A stretch of 64,000 nt of DNA from an uncultured Clostridia bacterium (GCA_934772045.1 CAKVMH010000001.1:234066-298065), one strand, 5' to 3'. Shown: positions 8,065 through 18,144, counted from the stretch's first letter. Translations and numbers: made by a program. The notes: generated by a model not told the origin, from the letters alone.

Positions 8065-8628
8065 TTATTTTGTTGAAGCGACAGTTTCCAAAACACCGCC
8101 AGTAAGACCTAACAGCATAAAGTAACCACCCACGCTAACTAATGTTTTAACATCACTCAACATTCCACTATGATTTGCAAGTTTGTTTGCAACAACAAAG
8201 AAAGTGATGAAAGCAACGAGTGCAAAAACAGCCAAAGCAATGCCTAAAATAATGTTCAGTAAATTAAACCTAATGCCAAGCAAAGATATAATTTCAAATA
8301 CAATCACAACCATACTTACAAGCACTGTAAGGAAATAGCACCAAGCAAACAAATTAGTTACAAATGCTGTATCTTCAGCATTTTTTAAGAAAATTAAACT
8401 ATTTGCACCTGTTGTAAAATCTGTTGAATTTTTACCATTAAAAAGTGCTGTGATAACATCTGTACCTTTAATAGGTTCACTATTAGATACAACACCTGCA
8501 ATATTTGATTTAGTTACAAAACAAGGCATGAATAAAGTGCAAACAGTAACTAATGCAAGGACAATAATACAAATTGAAAAGATAACCCTTTTCATGTTAT
8601 TTTTCTTTTTTGATTTTTTCTTTGCCAT
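8065..8628 (-). CDS. Hypothetical membrane protein (187 aa, about 4 TM)
   Basis: Lys-rich N-terminus followed by hydrophobic segments; GGGGAGG SD; hairpin terminator at about 8025-8055. Confidence 0.6.
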   Translation of the reverse strand: MAKKKSKKKNNMKRVIFSICIIVLALVTVCTLFMPCFVTKSNIAGVVSNSEPIKGTDVITALFNGKNSTDFTTGANSLIFLKNAEDTAFVTNLFAWCYFLTVLVSMVVIVFEIISLLGIRFNLLNIILGIALAVFALVAFITFFVVANKLANHSGMLSDVKTLVSVGGYFMLLGLTGGVLETVASTK

Positions 8629-8753
8629 AATTCCTCCCCTTTTATTTCATCATAAAAAATTTAACCTTCCGCTGTCAAGCAAATTTCTAAAACTTTTTAA
8701 AGCAATTTCGTAACTTTAATTTTGCGAAAACAAAATTCCATAATGCTATCAAG

Positions 8754-9542
8754 TTATATTTTTTTGCAGATATATAACATGTGGTTAGAAATACCCTGCA
8801 TTTCCAAATTTTCACATGTGTTTAAATGATATTTTTTGAAAAGTTCAAATTCATCGTCCGACATTTGAAATTCTTTCGTTTTTTCCATAATGTCCAAAAT
8901 ACTGTCAGTTGTTGCAGAATGTAGTTTTTTAACATGTTTATTTTTAAACAAATTCTCAAACTCTTTAATCCTGAACCCAGTAAAAACTTGTTCTGGATAT
9001 TGTTTAACTTTATAATTGTTATCAAAATTTTCTTCCAAACCAGCTTTTAAATTTCCATTCATGTAACAATCAAATATAAAAGAATCAACAGGCAAGTATG
9101 CAAACATAATTATACCGTTTGTTTTTGTCACGCGGATTGCTTCATCAATAGCTTTTTCTTGGTCTTCTCTCGTATAAAGATGATACATTGGCCCAAAAGA
9201 CAAAACCATATCAAAACTTTCATCTTCTAATTTGTCCAATTTGATAGCATCTCCTTGAAAGGCTATCAAGTTCTTCAACCCTTTTGCATTACCTTTTAAA
9301 ACTTGAAGATTATGTTTCACATATTCTACTGACGTAACATCCATACCCTTTTTTGCAAGTGTAATGGAATACCTGCCCGTTCCAGCACCAATTTCTAATA
9401 TTTTCATTTTGTTTTTTATATATTTGTCAATGTACGTCATAGTGGTAAAGTATTCAAGTTGCCCATGCCTGCTTTTAACAAGCCTAGCATCTTCATCATA
9501 GTTGTTGTAAACTTTATCCACAATCTTTTTCCTGTTGTCCAC
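8754..9542 (-). CDS. Class I SAM-dependent methyltransferase
   Basis: ILEIGAGTGRYS motif I. I prefer the GTG start at 9542, preceded by an AAGGAGA SD, over the upstream ATG at 9590. Confidence 0.8.
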   Translation of the reverse strand: MDNRKKIVDKVYNNYDEDARLVKSRHGQLEYFTTMTYIDKYIKNKMKILEIGAGTGRYSITLAKKGMDVTSVEYVKHNLQVLKGNAKGLKNLIAFQGDAIKLDKLEDESFDMVLSFGPMYHLYTREDQEKAIDEAIRVTKTNGIIMFAYLPVDSFIFDCYMNGNLKAGLEENFDNNYKVKQYPEQVFTGFRIKEFENLFKNKHVKKLHSATTDSILDIMEKTKEFQMSDDEFELFKKYHLNTCENLEMQGISNHMLYICKKI

Positions 9543-9671
9543 ACTTTCTCCTTTCCAATTATTTTCTTCATAAAGAATAACATAGATCAATTATTTTTTC
9601 AAAATGTATTACATTCTAAACCTCATATTTTTCAAAATTATCATCAAATCGCAAGGTTGAATTTCATTAAC

Positions 9672-9700
9672 AAAAAAACACAAGTCGCTAAAACTTGTGC
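9672..9700 (-). terminator. Rho-independent terminator after tRNA-Ser
   Basis: The minus strand reads GCACAAGTTTTAGCGACTTGTG plus T7. Confidence 0.75.
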
Positions 9701-9710
9701 TTTCGAGAGT

Positions 9711-9798
9711 TGGCGCAGAGAGGGGGATTTGAACCCCCGAAGGCTTTCACCTTATCGCTTTTCGAGAGCGACACGTTCGACCACTCCGACATCTCTGC
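9711..9798 (-). tRNA. tRNA-Ser(CGA), class II, CCA encoded
   Basis: Acceptor GCAGAGA/TCTCTGC, anticodon stem TCGCT/AGCGA with loop CTCGAAA, long variable arm, T-loop TTCAAAT. Confidence 0.95.
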
Positions 9799-9960
9799 AT
9801 AATGAATAACTTTGTCTTACAAATATTTTGTTTAATAAATTAAATAATGTGGGTGAACGTGTTTAAAGTCTCCTAAAAATAGAAAATTTTTGGGAATCAA
9901 GGAAAAGCCAAGTTTATGCTGAAATTTGCGTTTAGCAAATAAATTTAAACTTGTGCTTTG

Positions 9961-9984
9961 ACGCTCGACCACTTTTGTATCTGC
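9961..9984 (-). pseudogene. Degenerate 5' fragment of tRNA-Ser with duplicated leader
   Basis: The minus strand reads ATTAT-GCAGATACAAAAGTGGTCGAGCGT, versus ATTAT-GCAGAGATGTCGGAGTGGTCGAACGT in the intact gene. It is followed by a truncated copy of the GCACAAGTTT terminator arm. Confidence 0.5.
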
Positions 9985-10223
9985 ATAATAGATGATTTAG
10001 TCCTGCAAACATTCTGTTTGATTACCCCAACCTAAGCATGCGTATTTATAATAGCACAAAATATTAACAATGTCTATCTAAGAAATCGGTTTTTATGAAA
10101 ATATTGTTTTCGCACAACAAAAAAGTTATCCTCATTATTTTATCTTTTGTGGATAACTTTAAAACATTTTAATTAGCTATTTCCGCTGTTTTTCTTGTGA
10201 AAGAAAACCCTAAAACTAAGTTA

Positions 10224-11321
10224 CTATCTTGATTTTACTGGCAAAATAAGGAATGTGAAATCATCACCTTCGCAAGGTGTAATGATACATGGTTGGATTG
10301 CGCTGTTAAGTTTAATTTTGACATATGGGTTATCAATAACGCGCAAGCAGTCGCTGAAATATTTTGAGTTGAAAGATATGTTTAAATCATTACCCTTCAC
10401 CCCAACAGTAATATTTTCCTTTGTGTTACCAATTTCGCTATTTGATGTGAGCATCATATTCTTTTCTTTGATGTCAAATTTAACCAAATTGTTTTTATCA
10501 ATACGGCTCAAAACACTGGCGCGGTCAATTGCGTCTTCAAGTTGCTCTTTATTGATAGTAACAATTGTGCCAAAATCTTTAGGCACGATTTGTTTATAGT
10601 TAATAAATTGCCCATCAATTAAGCGATTAATAATAATTGTGTCGCCTAAATCGACCATAATATTGTTTGAATGCACATAAACCTTAACAGTGCCTTCACC
10701 GTCAAGCATGCGGATAATTTCATACAAATTTTTGCCAGGAATGATAAGTTTAAAGTCGCTTGTAGACATAACCAACTGCTTATTTGCGATTGAAAGACGG
10801 CAACCGTCCACAGCAACCGCGCGGATACTTGTTCCAGTTGTTTCAATCAAAATACCCTTTAAAATAGGGCGACTATCGTCCTGCGCAACAGCGTAGTATA
10901 CATTGTTGATAAGTGTGCGGAAATCTTCTTTGTTAATTTCAAAGAAATTATTTTTTTCCACTTCCTTCAACCCAGGGAACTCACTAACTTCCATACATTG
11001 CAACACGCCTTCGCTGTCCGTGTAGGAAATTTTAAGTTGATTGCGTTCGTTCAATTCGCACTCAATTTGTTCATTTGTAAGTTTTTTAATATACTCACCA
11101 AACAACCTGCCAGGGACAACTGTTTCACCCGCACTTATAACTTCTGCACGAATAGTTTTTTCAATGCTAATTTCAAGGTCGGTTGCCGTAAGCACAAGTT
11201 TATCGTCAGCACAAACCATTTTAATGCCTTCAAGGATTTGGCTTGTAGTTTTACCACTGATAGCTTTTGAAACAACACCAATTGCTTCGCTAAGTTCAAG
11301 CCCATCACATCTAAATTGCAT
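10224..11321 (-). CDS. dnaN: DNA polymerase III beta sliding clamp
   Basis: 365-aa three-domain clamp-like sequence; GGAGT SD. Confidence 0.95.
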   Translation of the reverse strand: MQFRCDGLELSEAIGVVSKAISGKTTSQILEGIKMVCADDKLVLTATDLEISIEKTIRAEVISAGETVVPGRLFGEYIKKLTNEQIECELNERNQLKISYTDSEGVLQCMEVSEFPGLKEVEKNNFFEINKEDFRTLINNVYYAVAQDDSRPILKGILIETTGTSIRAVAVDGCRLSIANKQLVMSTSDFKLIIPGKNLYEIIRMLDGEGTVKVYVHSNNIMVDLGDTIIINRLIDGQFINYKQIVPKDFGTIVTINKEQLEDAIDRASVLSRIDKNNLVKFDIKEKNMMLTSNSEIGNTKENITVGVKGNDLNISFNSKYFSDCLRVIDNPYVKIKLNSAIQPCIITPCEGDDFTFLILPVKSR

Positions 11322-12489
11322 ATTTACTCCTTTTATCCATGCCTAACTTACGGAAATTCAAGTTTTTATATCTAAAAGATATAACCCCTAGCGCCTAAAT
11401 TTTTTGCAAGTTTTAGACCGCAATTTTTACAACATCATATTAGCAAACAAAACCCAATATGTCAACCAAATGCGTCATTTTTTGTCGAATTTTTTTGGCT
11501 TTATATACTTAAAAATAGTTTGTTTTAAGAGTATTGCGCAACCCACACGCCAGCGCTGTTTTTCTAAATAATTTTTGATTTTTTGGGTAGTGATTTTTTT
11601 ATTAGGCGATGTGCAAATGTGGATAACTTTACCCCACCACAACATTTAGTGGCTTTCGACAAAATTTGCTAAAATTTGCAACAATTTTTATCCACATTTT
11701 CTGTGTATAACCCTGTGAAAAGTTATGTGCATAACAAAAAAAACGATGTGGACAACCCCTTCTAAACCCCTTAAATATAGGCGATTAGGGCAAATTTTGA
11801 CTGTTTTCTTTTAAGTTTTCTTTATATTAAATTCACGCTCGCGCTTATTAAATTTTAAGTTAACATGTAATATATGTACGCACGCGTATTACGCCCGTTT
11901 TTCTTTTAATATGTAAAAAATAAAATCTGAACGCGAACTTTATATTTATTACCTTTTTATATAAAGTTTAAAAAATCAAATTAATTATCACCAATATTTA
12001 TTTTTATGCGTTAAATTTATTTAAATCCCCTTAAAAGCATCATAATACTGCGGATTATAACCTGCACAAGTTAAATAAAACCAAACATCAATTTATCGTA
12101 TGTCATGATTAGCTCACAAACCTGCCATCCTCACATAAACTTTTGCATTAACAAAATTTCCATTTCAAACATTCAACAAAACAACACCTTGTATCTTTCT
12201 TGGCATAAATTTGCCTTTACATTATATACACGCACGCGAACTTAAAGTAAAAAATTACAAATTTAATATTTTATTTCTTAATATTAGTTTAACTACATTT
12301 TAAGTAATACAAAAAAATATATTCAAATTTTAAAAGTTTTTATACATAAAACAAATTTTCTACCTTTTAAGTTTGTGCACTCGTATTATATAAGTTAACT
12401 AAAAGTATCAGAAAACAAAATTTACGTAAATTTCAAATCACATTGACAAGTTATCCACATTGTGGTACAATATCAACAAGGAGAATATT
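11322..12489. other. Putative oriC: DnaA-box cluster plus AT-rich unwinding region between divergent dnaN and dnaA
   Basis: Perfect TTATCCACA boxes at 11618-11626 (rc), 11688-11696 and 12451-12459. One-mismatch boxes at 11702-11710, 11726-11734 and 11747-11755. About 500 bp of very AT-rich DNA at 11900-12420. Confidence 0.7.
12443..12471 (+). promoter_or_regulatory. dnaA promoter with an embedded DnaA box
   Basis: TTGACA (12443-12448), 17-nt spacer containing TTATCCACA, then extended -10 TGGTACAAT. AAGGAG SD lies downstream. Confidence 0.7.
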
Positions 12490-13839
12490 ATGTTTTTGCT
12501 TGACCAATGGAAAAAAGTTTTAAACAGATTGGAAGCCGAAGTTACAGCGGTGACATTCGATTTATGGATTAACACCCTTACTCCAATCCAGTACGCAAAT
12601 GATGAACTGATTTTAATGGCACCAAGTGTTACAGCGAAAAACCAAGTTAACCAACCAGGCATTTTTGAAAAGATAACAAAATGCGTTAGGGAAGAATTTA
12701 ACTCATACACTTTTGTTCGCGTAACCGAAAAGCAAGAATACGAAGAGAGTGTCCGTAAGCAGGAGCAAGAACTTGAAAAGATAATGTCCAATGTGACTAA
12801 TCTAAAATCTAAGTTCAACCCAAAATACACTTTCGACGCGTTTGTTGTTGGTAAATCAAACCAAGTTGTATGTGCAGCAATGCAAAATGTTGCTGAACAT
12901 CCAAGTGAAAAATTTAATCCACTGTTTATCTATGGTGGTGTTGGGCTTGGTAAAACTCACCTGCTTCATGCGGTGGGTAATTACCTAAACACGCATAGGC
13001 CTGACCTTAATGTCCTTTATGTTACATGTGAAAAGTTTACTAATGATTATGTTGATTCAATCCGCAAAGGTAAAGACAATTCAAACAACGATTTTAGGGA
13101 CAAGTATCGTAACGTAGATGTGCTTATGATTGACGACATTCAATTCATAAGCAACAAAATGGGTATTCAGGAAGAATTCTTCCACACATTCAATGACCTT
13201 TATCAAAACAATAAACAAATCATCATTGCTTCCGATCGTTCACCAAAAGAAATGACAGCTTTGGAAGAAAGGTTAAGGAGCCGTTTCAGTTCTGGCCTTA
13301 TCCAAGACATTCAGGAACCAGATTATGAAACAAAAGTTGCAATTATCAAAAAGAAATGTAGCCAAGAAGGTTATTTAGTCGACGACGACGTTATTGACTT
13401 CGTCGCATTAAAAACCGGCACCAACATTCGTGAAATGGAAGGCATATTAAGTAAAGTTGTGTTTTACAGCGGTTTGCTTGGCAAAACTCATGCAAGCATG
13501 GAAGACGCTAAGGAAGCACTTAAAGATTATGTTGAAGAAGAAAAAACAAATTTAAACGCAGAAAAAATTATGAACACTTGTTGCGACTTCTTCAAAATCA
13601 GCAAGGAAGATTTAATCGGTAAAAAGAAAAATAAAGAAATTGTTGAACCAAGGCAACTTTGCATTTATCTCATAAACGACATGTTAAACATTCCGCTAAC
13701 CGCAATAGGCGACTTATTCGGCGGAAGGGATCACACAACAATCATGCATGCAAGGGATAAAATAAGTAATCAAATTAAAGTTAATCCACATGTTAAAACT
13801 TTGGTAAACGATATCCGCAGTAGATTGTTGAAATATTAA
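12490..13839 (+). CDS. dnaA: Chromosomal replication initiator DnaA
   Basis: Walker A GGVGLGKTHLL, Walker B MIDDIQF, C-terminal DNA-binding region ...GRDHTTIMHA. The ATG at 12490 follows the SD. Confidence 0.95.
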   Translation: MFLLDQWKKVLNRLEAEVTAVTFDLWINTLTPIQYANDELILMAPSVTAKNQVNQPGIFEKITKCVREEFNSYTFVRVTEKQEYEESVRKQEQELEKIMSNVTNLKSKFNPKYTFDAFVVGKSNQVVCAAMQNVAEHPSEKFNPLFIYGGVGLGKTHLLHAVGNYLNTHRPDLNVLYVTCEKFTNDYVDSIRKGKDNSNNDFRDKYRNVDVLMIDDIQFISNKMGIQEEFFHTFNDLYQNNKQIIIASDRSPKEMTALEERLRSRFSSGLIQDIQEPDYETKVAIIKKKCSQEGYLVDDDVIDFVALKTGTNIREMEGILSKVVFYSGLLGKTHASMEDAKEALKDYVEEEKTNLNAEKIMNTCCDFFKISKEDLIGKKKNKEIVEPRQLCIYLINDMLNIPLTAIGDLFGGRDHTTIMHARDKISNQIKVNPHVKTLVNDIRSRLLKY

Positions 13840-13882
13840 AATAAAAAACAATTATATATTTTAAAATTCAGTCTAAAAAAAT

Positions 13883-13910
13883 AAAAAGTGGGAATTTGAC
13901 CCACTTTTTT
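13883..13910. terminator. Bidirectional terminator between dnaA and recF
   Basis: AAAAAGTGGG-aatttga-CCCACTTTTT. Confidence 0.7.
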
Positions 13911-14079
13911 CATATTTAAAGCATTTAAAATACGAAATATTTAAAATTTTTTATTAAAAGTCAATAAAATTTAAAATTTTTCCTTTCTAAACTTTAATTC
14001 AATAAAAATAAATTTTACACACAAAATAATAAATATATCATTTAAAAAGACTTTAAATTTAAAATCACTTTACATTACT

Positions 14080-15156
14080 TTATGCTAATGCTCCATTCTT
14101 AATTTCAATTATGTTGGCTTTAAAATTTATGTGTGGCAATGCAGTGCAAGTAATTAATGTTTGATATTGTTTTGTTAAATTCAACAATCTGTTTTGCCTG
14201 TCATCGTCAAGTTCGCTTAAAACATCATCAAGCAAAAGCACAGGATATTCACCAATCTCATTTTTAATAACTTCCATAAGTGACAGTTTAACAACTAAAG
14301 CAACTGTTCGTTGTTGCCCTTGACTTGCAAACTGCCTGCAATCTAACCCATTAATTTTAAACACAACATCATCACGATGTGGGCCAACGCAAGTGTAGCC
14401 AAGTTCAAGTTCTTTATTTAAAACTTTGTCAAATTGATTTTGTAAATCTAATTTAATATCCAAATTATCTTTCTTTTCATAACTATAATTTATTTCTAAA
14501 TCTTCGTCCATTGTAATAGTTTTATGAATGTTTTTTGCAAAAATTTTTAATTTATCAATAAAATCAATGCGTTTTTCAATGATTTTTTCAGCAATTTCAA
14601 TTAATTGTGGAGTAAACAATTTTAATTGTTCAATTTTTGTATCAACTGAGTTTAAACTTTTTAGTATAGCATTTCGCTGTTTTAAAACTTTATCATACCT
14701 TAATAAATTGTATAAATATCCTTTATCAAATTGGCTTATTGACACATCTAAAAAGTTTCGCCTATCTTCTGGTACTTCTTTTATGAGCTTCATTTCATCT
14801 GGGCTAAAATAAACAACAGACAAAATACCAACCAGTTCAGTAAGTTTTAAAATGTTAAGGTTGTTTATTTTAATTGCTTTCTTGTTTGATTTATCTAAAA
14901 ACATTTTTATATTTTTGTTGCCAGCGATTGTTGTAAAATCAACTTCAATTTTTGCTTTATCCTGTTCAAATCTTATCAGTTGCTTTTCCTTACTGTTTTT
15001 GGGGCTTTTGCCAACGCTAAGCAAATATAAACTTTCTAACATGTTTGTTTTGCCTTGCGCATTTTTCCCCACAACAAAATTTACACCATCAAAAAATTCA
15101 GCGGTGGTATTTGTGTAATTTCTAAAATTGATTAGGTTTAATTTTGTTATTTTCAT
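14080..15156 (-). CDS. recF: DNA replication and repair protein RecF
   Basis: Walker A GKNAQGKTNMLES; SQGQQRT signature; LLLDDVLSELD Walker B. Confidence 0.9.
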   Translation of the reverse strand: MKITKLNLINFRNYTNTTAEFFDGVNFVVGKNAQGKTNMLESLYLLSVGKSPKNSKEKQLIRFEQDKAKIEVDFTTIAGNKNIKMFLDKSNKKAIKINNLNILKLTELVGILSVVYFSPDEMKLIKEVPEDRRNFLDVSISQFDKGYLYNLLRYDKVLKQRNAILKSLNSVDTKIEQLKLFTPQLIEIAEKIIEKRIDFIDKLKIFAKNIHKTITMDEDLEINYSYEKKDNLDIKLDLQNQFDKVLNKELELGYTCVGPHRDDVVFKINGLDCRQFASQGQQRTVALVVKLSLMEVIKNEIGEYPVLLLDDVLSELDDDRQNRLLNLTKQYQTLITCTALPHINFKANIIEIKNGALA

Positions 15157-15338
15157 TTACAAAAGTATATATTTTTTTTATTTTTTTGTCAATACGTTTA
15201 AATTTTTATTAACATTTTATAAATAATTAAAATTTTTATTTATTTTTATATTAATTTTAACTATTAATTTGTTTGTTATTTAATTTATTTTAAATATTTT
15301 ATTTTATAAACAATTAACCAATCATTAAAATTAGTTCT

Positions 15339-15384
15339 TACGCGCGCACGCGCGCGTGCGCGTATACGCGTATATATATGTATA
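15339..15384. repeat. 46-nt perfectly alternating pyrimidine/purine CG-rich island (Z-DNA/cruciform-prone)
   Basis: TACGCGCGCACGCGCGCGTGCGCGTATACGCGTATATATATGTATA. Contains a perfect 20-nt palindrome at 15343-15362 and sits inside a ~370-bp spacer that is almost pure A/T. Confidence 0.8.
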
Positions 15385-15528
15385 GGGAATAATACTTTAA
15401 ACCAATAATTTAAATATTTATTTTTAATAGTATTTTAAATTGAAAAACAAAAAATAAATAAAAAAACAGCATTAATTGCTGTTTTAATAATAAATATAAA
15501 ATTTTAAATTAATTTGTATTTAAACAAT

Positions 15529-16206
15529 TTACATTAATGGTTTTAATTTAGGTAAATTTTTATCTCTTGGAAAATTTGCAGGTGTTGGTTTAATTTTTTT
15601 AATAACAATTATATTTCGTTCACCTTGTTCGTTTGGTAAGTTGAATTGAAAAGTTTTAATATACTCGCCACCTAAAACCGATAAAGCGTTTTGCGCTTCT
15701 TCAAGTTCTTCCTCAAAATTATTTCCCTTAAAAGCCAACACCATCCCGCCAACCTTTACAAGTGGTAATAAATATTCTAACAATGTGTTAAGTTTTGCCA
15801 CTGCGCGCGCCACTGCAACATCGAATTTTTCACGGTTAAGTTTTGCAAAATCTTCGGCACGTGCGTGAATGTTGGTGCTTTCAATATTTAATTCTTTTGT
15901 CAGTTCGTTTAAGAAATTTATGCGTTTATTTAAACTGTCAACCATGGTGATTTTTACATCATCTCTAACAATTTTAATAGGTAGGCTTGGGAAGCCTGCG
16001 CCAGCGCCAACATCAACAACGTTTGCGCCTACAGGGATTGCATCAATCGGTAAAATACTGTCCAAAAAATGTTTAGTAAAAACTTGCGCCTTATCGGTTA
16101 TTGCTGTAAGGTTCACTTTTTGATTATATGAAACAAGCTTTTCGTAATATTTTTCGAAAATCTCTTTCTTATTATTTATCAATTGAATTTGTTGTTTAAT
16201 ATCCAT
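15529..16206 (-). CDS. rsmG: 16S rRNA (guanine527-N7)-methyltransferase RsmG
   Basis: VGAGAGFPSLPIKI SAM motif; lies downstream of mnmG. Confidence 0.9.
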   Translation of the reverse strand: MDIKQQIQLINNKKEIFEKYYEKLVSYNQKVNLTAITDKAQVFTKHFLDSILPIDAIPVGANVVDVGAGAGFPSLPIKIVRDDVKITMVDSLNKRINFLNELTKELNIESTNIHARAEDFAKLNREKFDVAVARAVAKLNTLLEYLLPLVKVGGMVLAFKGNNFEEELEEAQNALSVLGGEYIKTFQFNLPNEQGERNIIVIKKIKPTPANFPRDKNLPKLKPLM

Positions 16207-16278
16207 GTATTTAATTATTTATAATAAATTTTTATTATTTCTTAACTTTTTGCTTAGAATTTCTATTAAAATATGTGG

Positions 16279-18144
16279 CTAAATATAATTTTTTAATTTT
16301 AAATATACGAGCAACACATTAATATCTGCTGGGCTTACACCATCAATTCGTTTTGCTTGTCCTAATGTTACAGGATTAAATTTGTTCAATTTCTGCCTTG
16401 CCTCCAGCCTTAAACCTTTAATTTCATTATAATCAATTTTAGGCAATGCTAAATTTTCAGTCTTCTGTTGCTTTGAAATCATTTCAGTTTCTTGCTTAAT
16501 ATAACCTTCATATTTTATTTCAGTGTTCACATATTCAAGAACTGTGTTAGGTATATCGTTGAAAATGTTAAACTCTTTTTTGATATCAAAAATATTAATG
16601 TTGTTTCGCTTAATTATCTCTTTAATTGTCAAGCCAGAATGTGGCATATTTTCATTCTTTTGTTCAAACAGGTTTTTAAGTTTTTGTGGGTTACACATAG
16701 TGTTCAGTTGGGCTTTAACAGCCTCAATTTGCTGTAATTTTTCTTTAAATTTCGCATATTGTTTTTTACCCACAAGCCCCAATTGATGTCCTAATTCAGT
16801 AAGGCGAATGTCACAATTGTCTTGCCTTAAAATAAGACGATATTCCGCACGGCTTGTCATCATACGGTATGGTTCAATAATATCTTTTGTCACCAAATCA
16901 TCAATCAAAACGCCGATGTAAGCTTGGTTACGCCCTAAAACAAAAGGCGATTTTTTATCAATATATCTCTCAGCGTTTATGCCAGCCATAATGCCCTGCG
17001 CACCAGCTTCTTCATAACCGCTTGTTCCGTTAATCTGCCCAGCAAAAAACAGCCCATTTACCTTTTTACTTTCAAGGTTATTCTTAAGTTCGGTTGCATT
17101 GATACAATCATATTCAATTGCATACGCAAAGCGCATAATTTTAACATGTTCAAACCCCGGTATCAAACGATACATGTTTCGTTGAACTTCGCTAGGCATA
17201 CTGCTTGAAATACCTTGCACATAAATTTCGTCGGTTGAAGCGCTTTCTGGCTCTAAAAATAATTGATGTCTTTCTTTGTCTGCAAAGCGCATAATTTTAT
17301 CTTCAATACTTGGGCAATATCTTGGGCCAATACCATGAATTTTGCCTGAATATAGTGGTGCGCGGTCAATATTTGCACGGATATAGTCATGCATAGCAGC
17401 TGATGTGTAACCTAAATAACAAGGAATTTTATTTTTTGCGCCTTTACCCAACGCGCTGAAACTCACATTTAATTCATCACCAGGTTGAATTTCAAACTGA
17501 CTAAAATCAATACTTTTTTTGTCAACTCTTGCAGGTGTACCGGTCTTAAAACGACGGATCTCAATGCCTAAATCTATTAAAGATTTGGTTAACATTGTGC
17601 TTGGTTCAAAGCCATTGGGACCAGTAAATTTTGTGAAGTCACCAATAATAATTCTGCTGTTTAAATATACCCCTGTTGCCACCACAACGGCAGTACATTT
17701 AAATGTTTCACCCATGCTAGTTTTTACGCCGATAACATGCCCATTTTCAACTAAAATCTCTGCAACTTCACACTGTAAAACATCAAGGTCTTTTTGCTTT
17801 TCGATTGTGCGCTTCATTTCAGTGTGATAGACAACTTTGTCAACTTGTGCCCGCAATGATTGCACTGCGGGTCCTTTACCAAGGTTAAGCATGCGGAGTT
17901 GTAACATTGCTTTATCAGCATTTTTACCCATTTCACCGCCAAGCGCATCAATTTCACCTGCGAGCTGACCTTTAGCTGTTCCCCCAATGCTAGGATTACA
18001 TGCTAAAAACGCGATGCTATCCAAATTTAAAGTTGTTAACAATGTTTTTTTACCAAGGCGTGAAAGAGCAAGGCATGCTTCACTTCCAGCATGTCCGCTT
18101 CCTATAACTATCGCATCATATTCGTCAACAAAATCTTTAATCAT
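16279..18144 (-). CDS. mnmG: tRNA uridine 5-carboxymethylaminomethyl modification enzyme MnmG
   Basis: 621 aa; N-terminal FAD motif VIGSGHAGSEA; conserved GidA core. Confidence 0.95.
   Translation of the reverse strand: MIKDFVDEYDAIVIGSGHAGSEACLALSRLGKKTLLTTLNLDSIAFLACNPSIGGTAKGQLAGEIDALGGEMGKNADKAMLQLRMLNLGKGPAVQSLRAQVDKVVYHTEMKRTIEKQKDLDVLQCEVAEILVENGHVIGVKTSMGETFKCTAVVVATGVYLNSRIIIGDFTKFTGPNGFEPSTMLTKSLIDLGIEIRRFKTGTPARVDKKSIDFSQFEIQPGDELNVSFSALGKGAKNKIPCYLGYTSAAMHDYIRANIDRAPLYSGKIHGIGPRYCPSIEDKIMRFADKERHQLFLEPESASTDEIYVQGISSSMPSEVQRNMYRLIPGFEHVKIMRFAYAIEYDCINATELKNNLESKKVNGLFFAGQINGTSGYEEAGAQGIMAGINAERYIDKKSPFVLGRNQAYIGVLIDDLVTKDIIEPYRMMTSRAEYRLILRQDNCDIRLTELGHQLGLVGKKQYAKFKEKLQQIEAVKAQLNTMCNPQKLKNLFEQKNENMPHSGLTIKEIIKRNNINIFDIKKEFNIFNDIPNTVLEYVNTEIKYEGYIKQETEMISKQQKTENLALPKIDYNEIKGLRLEARQKLNKFNPVTLGQAKRIDGVSPADINVLLVYLKLKNYI

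Noticed and set aside
9459-9809. 116-aa ORF on the plus strand
   Set aside because: It is antisense to the methyltransferase 5' end and overlaps tRNA-Ser(CGA).
12460-12489. Longer N-terminal extensions given in the ORF track (dnaA 12460, mnmE 19621, prfB 44766, tsaD 44850, lepB 40619, ychF 57642, alaS 34246, tmk 33422, fhs 27573, GT2 22356 and others)
   Set aside because: In each case a downstream ATG is preceded by a clear SD, or by a -10 box at leaderless distance, and it matches the conserved N-terminus of the family. The extensions run through promoter sequence.
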